NCBI GenBank assembly: GCA_002104945.1
Contig: MCFH01000092.1
Span: 1-64,000 of the forward strand
Reading direction: 5' to 3'
DNA length: 64,000 nt
Source: Piromyces finnis finn
Taxonomy: Eukaryota > Fungi > Neocallimastigomycota
The position numbers were made by a program, and so were the translations under genes. The stretch's first letter is position 1; each line of letters opens with the position of its first letter. Shown here one piece after another: positions 55,641-64,000 of the stretch. The notes beneath the pieces were generated by a model. That model was not told the DNA's origin. It ran no database searches and saw nothing but the letters and a program-made list of their open reading frames with translations.

Positions 55641-58600
55641 AATCACGAAAAGAGAGATAGTATTAGCTATTTCACAGCTATTTTCAAACCATTATTCTTA
55701 TGTTTCCAAGAAACTGGTAATGGTTCTGGATCGAATACAGATTATCCTTGTCGTGTTACTTTGCGAAACTATAGACACTTTTTCAAGAAAGCTGACGAAT
55801 CAGTTCCTGGAATGAGAGGTTTATATTTAGGTTTTCACAATTCGTGTCAAGCCTCACTTGAAAACTTCTCTGGAAAGTATATTATTTCTATTTATACTTT
55901 TAGTCTCTGGAATAGATTCAAATGCTCGATTGGAAATGTTTATATGCCTCATAGTCATCACAACATCTATGTTGATCATGCAAAGTTAGAAGTTCGCTTG
56001 TGGTTACAAACTCATTCATCCCATCCATCGATTCTTGTTGGTGATTTTAATATGTCTAAAGTAAAATTATCCAACTGGTTATCAACTAATGGATTAGGAG
56101 ATTGGGAAATTCTTCCGCTTAGAGGGTCTACTATCTCTTGGACTCGAGGTGATCAATCTTCCGACATTGACCATGCTCTTATCAATTCGAAGATGAAAGA
56201 TCTTATTCACTCAGGATCATTTATAAATAATTTTTATCCTGTATCAGACCATAAGCCACTTCTTATTAATGGTAAAATTATTCCTATGGATGATTTTTCT
56301 AATGACTTTAATGTTCCTAAGAAAATTCTGAAATGGAATAGATTAAAATGTATTGAGGAAAAGGAATCTATTCTTAGTCATAATAAATTCCAAATTCTTT
56401 CAGCAAAATTCAACGATCCTAATGTTTCTACAGATGAACTTTCCAAAGAGTTTACTTCAACTGCTTTTTCAATTGCAGACGAGCTCAGTATTACCTCAGC
56501 AAATAATGTTATAAAGTCTTCATTTCATATTTCACAACAAATTTTTAATCTCCAAAAAATCAAAATGAAGTTGTATAAGAGATTTAAAAAAGAAAGAATT
56601 TATGATATAGATGAATTTATTAAAAGAATTAAAATCTACCGTAAGCTCATTGATTACATCCACAAAAGATGTAATGAATTTAGGAAACAAGAATATCTTC
56701 ATTGGATTAAAACAGGATGTGAGTATATGAAGAGTCATAATCCTAAGAAGGCCTGGAAATGGATCAAGAAAACTGCAAAAATTGGAAAAGATTCTTTCTT
56801 TATTGCTCAACCAATTAAAAATAAAAATGGAGAATTAGTTGTTGCTACGGAAGAACAACTAGAAGTGTGGCATGATCATTTCGAAAACCTTGCATCAGAT
56901 CCAAGTGGTGTAAGTCTTGATTTGGAGCATTGGTATGAAGAACCAATGAATAAACGTTTTTCACTTCCTATGCTTGATGAGTGGGATATCAACCAAGATA
57001 TTAGTATTGATGAAGTCAAGTCAGCTATCCTCTCTACTCCAAATTATAAAGCATCAGGTCCGGATGGTATTCCAATTGAATTTTACAAAGCATTAATTCC
57101 ATCAAGTAATGATTCTAATAATGCTACAGATAATAATTCTTCCGGTAATACCACTTCAGATAATGATGCTCATGGTTTAAATTTTATTCTTAAATTATTC
57201 AACCGTATTTGGGATGGAGACTTCCCCAACTCATGGAATGAATCCAGTATTATTTCTATTCCTAAGAAGGGAGATTTGACAGATTGTGATAACTATCGAG
57301 GTATATCACTTATCAATAATGGTATTAAGTTGATTTCCAAAATTGTCACCACTAGAATCTCAGAATATGGTCTAAAGAATAATTTCATTAGACCTGAACA
57401 ATTTGGTTTTCGAAAAAAGGAAGAAAGTATTAGTCTTTTCATTTCAATCCAAGAAATATGCCGTAGACGTCAATTAGATAATAAAGGGACATATTTGGCC
57501 TTTTTAGATCTCAGGAAAGCATACGATTCAGTCCCAATCGGTAATATTCTCCATAAATTAGATTGTTTAGGAATCCGAGGTAAGAGTTTACAATTCATCA
57601 AAAATTTATATTTAACATCTAAGGCTAATGTCAAATTAGATGGACAATTCTCGAAATCTTTTGATGTGAAGAAAGGAGTCCGTCAAGGATGCCCTCTTTC
57701 TCCTATTCTCTTTAATCTCTTTATTAATGATATATTTAAAGAGTGCGAAGATCTTGGAGTCAGTTTAGGTGACACTCGATGCTGTGGTGGACTTTTTGCA
57801 GATGATATAGTTATTTGTGCTCCAACAAGAGGATGCTTAAAAAAGATGCTAAGAAGAGTTAATGAATGGGCCTTGTATAATGAAATGGAATTTGGTATCC
57901 AGAAATGTTCAACGATGGTGATTCGTCCTGAATCAATAGAAAATCAGAACAAGAGAGATCCAACATTTTACTTAGCAGGACAACCCATTCCAACTACTGA
58001 TTGTTATACTTATCTTGGTGTTCCATTTGATAAGAATCTGTCCCTTAAACCAGTAATTAAAGCTCTTAATAACAAGGTTTTGAAAGGACTTTTTTCAGTC
58101 AGTAAATTCTTAAGAAATCCTAATATTCCTATTCCTTTCAAAAAGCTAGTACTTAACTCACAAGTGATTAGCAGAGTTTCATACTTTGCACCATTACTTG
58201 GATCCAACAAAGCCAGGTCTAGAATTGCTCAGAAGCATGTTAACAAAGGAATACGATGGGTTGCCGGAGTTCATAAAGCTGTATCGTTTATATCTTTATA
58301 CTCTATTTCAAAAGATTTGAATATTCCTCCATTGTCAGTTAAATGTGCGTTAGCTCAGGTTAGATGTTTTAACAAATGGAAAAACTCAAATTGTATTATC
58401 TCACACCTTGTCAATTACATTCCTAAATTTAGAAAATACACGTGGTGCAAATCAAGTAGGACACTTGATAAAAAATTAAAGAAACATGGAGATGTTAAAG
58501 CAGTTAAAAACTTTTATTGGAAAGATCTCAAAGGGAATTCAATCAAAGCGCAATATTATGATGATAATAAATTTATTGAAACCAAAGATTTTATCAAATT

Positions 58601-59411
58601 ATGTTATGAGTACCCAGAGTTTGCCTATGGCTTCTACTGGCTCTTGAAAGCAAGAAGCGGATACAAGTTGGATGCTAGAGTTGCCAAAGCTGCTAAATTT
58701 GTTGATCCAGTTTGTCCTAACTACTGTCCATGTTGCAAGTGTGGTGTTCAAAGTATTAAACATTGGTTATTAGATTGTCCAACATTTAGAGATATCCGTA
58801 TTAAACATTATGATTCCATAGTCCAGCTACTAAATTTTTTCAGTCAACGTAATTCCAATAGTCCTATCAATAATAATGAAAATGTTAATATCAGTAGAGA
58901 TAGCAATAACATTAATAGTAATAGTAACAATAGTAGTAATAACAATAGTAATAGTAACAATAGTAATAATAACAATAGTAGTAATAGAAATAATAATATT
59001 AGTAATGATAACAATAGTGAAGATAATAATTCTAATTTAGATAGTAATTTAGTTAATGATAGTAATAGTTCTAATAATCCGGTGAATATTAATGTGTATG
59101 ATTATTCTAGTGTGTGCAGTAAAATATTTAAATTCCTTCTTGGGAGAAGAAGTTTTAACAATATTAATTACAATTCAAGGGAATGGAAAGAACTTTGTAA
59201 GCGTCAGATTCAATCTGGTACTAATGAAGGAACACCATTCTTGACGGTAACCGCGGAACTTCTAACCAAAATCATGCCTTTTGCTATTGGCCAGCAATGG
59301 TCAATGTTCAAAAGGTTTGAAGCAACATCCAAGAGCGTCAATGCTGAAGAAACAGTAAGACAGGCCAGGAGGGCCAGCACAACCATTGGAGATCATAATT
59401 TTGTTCCATGA
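55641..59411 (+). CDS. Retroelement APE-RT-zinc finger segment, same frame as the upstream ORF (the track starts it at TTG 55761)
   Basis: 55641 onward reads NHEKRDSISYFTAIFKPLFLCFQETG...VTLRNYRHFF and continues open to TGA at 59409-59411. Confidence 0.9.
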   Translation, partial: NHEKRDSISYFTAIFKPLFLCFQETGNGSGSNTDYPCRVTLRNYRHFFKKADESVPGMRGLYLGFHNSCQASLENFSGKYIISIYTFSLWNRFKCSIGNVYMPHSHHNIYVDHAKLEVRLWLQTHSSHPSILVGDFNMSKVKLSNWLSTNGLGDWEILPLRGSTISWTRGDQSSDIDHALINSKMKDLIHSGSFINNFYPVSDHKPLLINGKIIPMDDFSNDFNVPKKILKWNRLKCIEEKESILSHNKFQILSAKFNDPNVSTDELSKEFTSTAFSIADELSITSANNVIKSSFHISQQIFNLQKIKMKLYKRFKKERIYDIDEFIKRIKIYRKLIDYIHKRCNEFRKQEYLHWIKTGCEYMKSHNPKKAWKWIKKTAKIGKDSFFIAQPIKNKNGELVVATEEQLEVWHDHFENLASDPSGVSLDLEHWYEEPMNKRFSLPMLDEWDINQDISIDEVKSAILSTPNYKASGPDGIPIEFYKALIPSSNDSNNATDNNSSGNTTSDNDAHGLNFILKLFNRIWDGDFPNSWNESSIISIPKKGDLTDCDNYRGISLINNGIKLISKIVTTRISEYGLKNNFIRPEQFGFRKKEESISLFISIQEICRRRQLDNKGTYLAFLDLRKAYDSVPIGNILHKLDCLGIRGKSLQFIKNLYLTSKANVKLDGQFSKSFDVKKGVRQGCPLSPILFNLFINDIFKECEDLGVSLGDTRCCGGLFADDIVICAPTRGCLKKMLRRVNEWALYNEMEFGIQKCSTMVIRPESIENQNKRDPTFYLAGQPIPTTDCYTYLGVPFDKNLSLKPVIKALNNKVLKGLFSVSKFLRNPNIPIPFKKLVLNSQVISRVSYFAPLLGSNKARSRIAQKHVNKGIRWVAGVHKAVSFISLYSISKDLNIPPLSVKCALAQVRCFNKWKNSNCIISHLVNYIPKFRKYTWCKSSRTLDKKLKKHGDVKAVKNFYWKDLKGNSIKAQYYDDNKFIETKDFIKLCYEYPEFAYGFYWLLKARSGYKLDARVAKAAKFVDPVCPNYCPCCKCGVQSIKHWLLDCPTFRDIRIKHYDSIVQLLNFFSQRNSNSPINNNENVNISRDSNNINSNSNNSSNNNSNSNNSNNNNSSNRNNNISNDNNSEDNNSNLDSNLVNDSNSSNNPVNINVYDYSSVCSKIFKFLLGRRSFNNINYNSREWKELCKRQIQSGTNEGTPFLTVTAELLTKIMPFAIGQQWSMFKRFEATSKSVNAEETVRQARRASTTIGDHNFVP

Positions 59412-59678
59412 CAAAATTTTGATCTTTGTCTCGATGTCCCATTGGAAGTCAAATACAATTATTATACTTTAGTATGATAGTGGCTTTCTTACTTTAATTA
59501 AAATTACTAGAATATATTATACCCAATTTTTATTCATTTGTGTTTATTTAAACATATTTTTTTTTTTATTTTTATTTTTATTTTTAATTTTTTATTACAT
59601 GTATTATAATTTTAATTAAATTAATAATAAAGTTTAAAATATTTGATGCCGTTAAAAAAAAAAAAAAAAAAAAAAAAA
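59385..59678. repeat. Dispersed repeat: block shared with about 61245-61445 and about 40940-41109 (antisense 5' end of the lectin-like gene), ending in an A tract; a degenerate partial copy follows at about 59680-59740
   Basis: attactagaata.at.atacc.a.ttttattcatttgt.tttatt is shared by all three sites; ttaattaaattaataataaagtttaaaa.att.gatgccgt(A)n is shared by the 41k and 59k copies. Confidence 0.85.
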
Positions 59679-59749
59679 TTCATTGGAAATCAAAAAAATT
59701 ATTATAGTGGTATTTTTAATTTAATTAAAATTACTCTATGCATTTTTTT

Positions 59750-61245
59750 TAAGAAGGGAGATTTGAGATTTGGGCTCCATCAAGAAGATGCTAAAAAAGA
59801 TACTAAAAAGAGTTAATGAATGGGCTTTGTACAATGAAATGGAATTTGGTATTCAGTAATGTTCAACGATGGTGATTAGTCCTGAATCAGTAGAAAATCA
59901 GAACAAGAAAGATCCAATATTTTACTTAGCAGGAAAAACAATTCCAGCTGCTGATTGCTACATTTATCTTGGTGTTCCATTTGATAAAAATTTGTCCCTT
60001 AAACCAGTAATTAAAGTTCTTAATAACAAGGTTTTGAAAGGACTTTTTTAGTCAGTAAATTCTTAAGAAATCCTAATATTCCTATTCCCTTCAAAAAGCT
60101 AGTACTTAACTCACAAGTAATCAGCAGAGTTTCATACTTTGCACCATTACTTGGATCCAACAAAGCTAGGTCTAGGATTGCTCAGAAGCATGTTAACAAA
60201 GGAATACAATGGGTTGCCGGAGTTCATAAAGCTGTATCGTTTATATCTTTATACTTTATCTCAAAAGGTTTGAATATTCCTCTATTGTCAGTTAAATGTG
60301 CGTTAGCTCAGGTTAGATGTTTTAACAAATGGAAAAACTCAAATTGTATTATCTCACACCTTGTCAATTACACTCCTAAATTTAGAAAATATACATGGAG
60401 ATGCTAAAGCAGTTAAAAACTTTTATTAGAAAGATCTCAAAGGAAATCCAATCAAAGCCCAATATTATGATGATAATAAATTTATTGAAACCAAAGATTT
60501 TATCAAATTAAGTTATGAGTACTCAGAGTTTGCCTATGATTTCTATTGGCTATTAAAAGCAAGAAGCTGATACAAGTTGGATGTTAGAGTTGTAAAAGCT
60601 GCTAAATTTGTTAATCTAGTTTGTCTTAACCACTATCCATGTTGCAAGTGTGGAGATCAAAGTATTAAACACTGGTTATTAGATTATCCAATTTTTAGAG
60701 GTATCCGTATTAAACATTACAATTTCATAGTCCAATTATTAAATTTTTCCAGTCAGCGTAATTCCAACAGTCCTATCAATAATAATGAAAATGTTAATAT
60801 CAGTAAAGATAGCAATAATATTAATAGTAATGGTAACAATAGTAATAATAATAATTTTAATAATAGTAGTAATATTAGTAATGATAGCACTAGTGGAGAC
60901 AATAACTCTAATTTAGATAGTAATTTAGTTAATAATAGCAATAATTCTAATAATTCGGTGAATATTAATGTGTATGATTATTCTAGTGTGTGTAATAAAA
61001 TATTTAGATTTCTTCTTGGGGGAAGAAGTATTGACAATATCAATTACAATTCAAGGGAATGGAAAAAAACTTTGCAAGTGTCAGATTCAATCGGGCACTT
61101 ACGAAGGAACACCATTTTTGACGGTAACAACGGAACTTCTAACCAAAACCATGTCTTTTGTTATTGGCCAACAATAGTCGATGTTCAAAAGGTTTGAAGC
61201 AACATCCAAGAGCGTTAATGCTGAAGAAACAGTAAGACAACGCAG
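59750..61245 (+). mobile_element. Decayed, 5'-truncated second copy of the same LINE with internal deletions, stops and frameshifts
   Basis: Colinear with 57263-57279 and 57812-59384; in-frame stops (e.g. CAG TAA at about 59824-59829); deletions of about 530 bp and about 44 bp. Confidence 0.93.
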
Positions 61246-62697
61246 CCAATAGAGATCATAATTTTATTTCATGACAAAATTTTGATCTTTGGCTCGGTGT
61301 CCCATTGGAAGTCAAATACAATTATTATACTTTAGTATAATAGTGGCTTTCTTACTTTAAAACTACTAGAATACATTATACCCAATTTTTATTCATTTGT
61401 GTTTATTTTAATATATTTTTTAATTTTTAATTTTACTTTTAATTTTATTTTTTTATAACGTTAACTATGAAATAACTTTTTTTTTTAATTAATTGGAGCA
61501 GCCTCCGATTTTTCATAAAACATCTTTATTATACATTACACATTATTTAATTTATGCATTATATAAATTAATTATGAAAATATATTTAAACAATAATCTT
61601 TTTTAGTAATTATTTTATATGAAAGTGTAAAGTATTGAAATTATTAAGTATTGAAATCATATATATTATTTTTTTATTAAATATTTTTTTTTTTTTTTTT
61701 GAATTTATATAATAAATTCATTTACTTAATAGTACGATAGGAATTTTTAAATTATATTTTTTACAAGATTTAAATAATAATAAATTTATCCATATTCATA
61801 AATGTATTTCATAATATTTTTATAAAAATGGTGTATCAATAATATTTTTTATAGTTAAATAGTTTCATTTTTGTATGATACATTTAATCTTTATTTTTAA
61901 TTTCTATTGGTTTTAAAATTTTTGATTAATATAGCAACTTTCCATATTTGTTAATTTTCTAATAAAATTTTCCTTAATTTATTATTATTACTTATTTTTT
62001 TAATATATAATACAAATCTTTTACATTATATTTTACATAATATAGATTTTAACTTTTTGATACTTTTTAGCATAAAATATGGATAACCTTCTGATAATAT
62101 TGATATTATTACGTTGTGCAATTTCATTAATTTATATTAAATTAAATAATCTACAATTTTATTAATAAATAAAATTACAAATTGAATTAATGTATCAAGA
62201 TGTTTTCCTTTTTATTATAAAAAACATCTTTTCGTCTTTTTTTATATTTTAAATAAAAATAAAAAAATATACATTGTCTTTTTCTATTTCAAGTAATAAT
62301 ATATATATATAAATTTAAGAGTGACACTTTAGAAAAAAAATTTTTAACAATTATAAATTAATAATGGTAAAGTTCAATTATTAATTATAATACTATATAA
62401 TTAATTATATAAATATTTTTTTCTTTTTTCTATAGTATTTGATAAAAAGCTTTGATTTTCTATTTCATTAATTGTTTTTAAATATATAAAATTATAAATA
62501 ATAGACATATAATTAGCAATAATAATAATAATAATAATAAAAACAAAAGAATAAAGAATAAAGAATAATATTAAATAAAATTACTATTCATATTTAAAGT
62601 ATTAAGTAAAACATTTCACTTTTTTTTTTTTTTTTTAAATTAAATTTTTTATTTTTTTTTTTTTTATATATATATTTATTTTAATATATTATATAAA

Positions 62698-64000
62698 ATG
62701 ACAATTACAATAATTAATGAATTAAAAAATGATATCATTCAACAAATTAAAAACAGAAATTTAGTCGACTTAAAGAAATTTATATTAAATTATAATGTTA
62801 ATTTAAAAGAGCTTGAAAAATATGGAAAAGAAGATTTATTATATATTTCCATAAAAAATGACAATCCGAAAGAAGTTATCGATTATATTATTAATGAATG
62901 TAAATATAAAAATGTAAATTATACAATCAATTCAAATTCTTCGACGCCTTTAGGTTTAGCAATATCAAGGAGTAATTTCGAAGTTGCTGATTTATTATAC
63001 GAAAGATTTGATGCTGATATAAATTATGGCAAAGGTATGAATCGTTGCTTCCCATTCATTTATAAAAACAATACTTTTCAGCCAAAGCAATTAAACTATT
63101 TATTAATAAAAGGTTATAATTTTAATGATATTTCAGAAAATATTATTAAATCAATGGTGCTATATTTTCAAAATGATTTATTAGAAAAAATATGGAGTAG
63201 TATTGTTTATAATAATGCTTTTATCCTTAAATTATTACAACAAAGAAAAGAACAAAAATCATATTCTTCATTTGAATGGAATCAATTATTGAAAGAAGAA
63301 AAACAAAAAATAAATATATCTGATGAAATATATGAAACTACTTTTAATATTCAAAACTGGGATGCGTTAAAATTATTTTTAGACTATGAAGGAAGAGAGC
63401 AAAAAATAACAATTTTTGATATGATAGAAGAATATGAAGTTATTGAGAAAGTAATTGATAATGAAGATGTAAAGACATTAAGAGCTATTTCTAATTTTGG
63501 ATATTCCCTTAATTATAAATGCTTTAATTTCGAAGATTTAATAATAAAATCAATAAGTAAAAAAAATAGGGATATATGGAAAATCCTTATTAAATCCTCA
63601 ATTCTTTCATTTCAAGAAAAAGAAAAAAAAATCCTAGAAAGCCACGACACCAATTTTAAAAAAAATACAATTGAAAAAAAGCATCATACTAGCCTACCCA
63701 ATTCAAATTTAACTAAAAAAAGTATAATAGTAAATAATAAATCTTTAGGTTACAATGATTCCGAAGAAAATGATATAACGAATAACATTGTACTAAAAAA
63801 TGAAGATGGCATTAACTATAATGTGAAAAGTCTTTCATTTAATTATAACCTTAGATATTATAACAGAATCAGTTATATTGGAGATAATATCATAACAAAT
63901 GATAATATAAATAAAGAATTCATCACAAAAACAAGTTCATTTAAAAATTTAGTTTGTAATAATTCATTGGTCAAAGAACCAAGTCTATATAATATAAATA
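62698..64000 (+). CDS. Ankyrin-repeat-like protein, 5' part; open to the window end
   Basis: An uninterrupted frame from ATG 62698 (MTITIINELKNDII...) gives EDLLYISIKND..KEVIDYII and STPLGLAISRSNFEVADLLYERFDADINY (ankyrin consensus). Absent from the track because there is no stop in the window. Confidence 0.8.
   Translation, partial: MTITIINELKNDIIQQIKNRNLVDLKKFILNYNVNLKELEKYGKEDLLYISIKNDNPKEVIDYIINECKYKNVNYTINSNSSTPLGLAISRSNFEVADLLYERFDADINYGKGMNRCFPFIYKNNTFQPKQLNYLLIKGYNFNDISENIIKSMVLYFQNDLLEKIWSSIVYNNAFILKLLQQRKEQKSYSSFEWNQLLKEEKQKINISDEIYETTFNIQNWDALKLFLDYEGREQKITIFDMIEEYEVIEKVIDNEDVKTLRAISNFGYSLNYKCFNFEDLIIKSISKKNRDIWKILIKSSILSFQEKEKKILESHDTNFKKNTIEKKHHTSLPNSNLTKKSIIVNNKSLGYNDSEENDITNNIVLKNEDGINYNVKSLSFNYNLRYYNRISYIGDNIITNDNINKEFITKTSSFKNLVCNNSLVKEPSLYNIN

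Larger units (their letters stand above)
54891..59411 (+). mobile_element. Near-intact non-LTR retrotransposon (LINE): N-terminal RRM-like/low-complexity region, APE endonuclease, reverse transcriptase and CCHC finger in one frame with one internal TAG; 5' boundary uncertain (UTR probably from about 54630)
   Basis: APE: LSWNTNG, LCFQET, ILVGDFN, SDIDH, SDH. RT: KASGPDGIP, IPKKGD..DCDNYRGISL, EQFGFR, FLDLRKAYDSV, GVRQGCPLSPILFNLFIND, LFADD, YTYLG. Zn finger CPCCKC....IKHWLLDCP. Confidence 0.95.

Noticed and set aside
55465-55815. 116-aa ORF overlapping the ORF1/ORF2 junction, suggesting a frameshift or an ATG at 55633 for ORF2
   Set aside because: The APE motifs lie in the 54891/55761 frame on both sides of the TAG; this alternative frame has none.
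54600-59700. Target-site duplication around the LINE
   Set aside because: No convincing direct repeat found by eye; the A/T-rich flanks make short matches uninformative.

Overview
Very AT-rich eukaryotic DNA with short GT-AG introns, long homopolymers and (AAT)n tracts. The composition, a centriole gene, intronless bacterial-type transporters and an ankyrin-family gene point to an anaerobic gut fungus (Neocallimastigomycota); this is an inference. 1-34 kb holds intron-containing core genes, almost all on the minus strand: partial aldo-keto reductase, gamma-COP (SEC21), aspartate kinase (HOM3), a ciliary microtubule-inner-protein-like gene, an unknown gene, a 1831-aa SAS-4/CENPJ with three internal repeat arrays, WDR5, a DUF2015 protein (+) and V-ATPase subunit d. 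34-64 kb is accessory: pseudogene relics (Cys-rich protein, bulb-type lectin, a truncated atypical uracil-DNA glycosylase), two tandem intronless DHA2 MFS transporters, a secreted Ala/Pro/Thr repeat protein, a structured 117-bp tandem array, a near-intact non-LTR retrotransposon, a decayed second copy, and a partial ankyrin gene. Highlights: (1) the retroelement's two apparent ORFs are one 1507-codon frame broken only by a TAG inside the first endonuclease motif; (2) both element copies carry, at their 3' side, the antisense 5' end of the lectin gene family seen at 41 kb; (3) the UDG island has GDMPY in place of GQDPY; (4) SAS-4 has repeat-encoded kinase-site arrays. All exon structures were read by hand from the sequence; no database searches were run.
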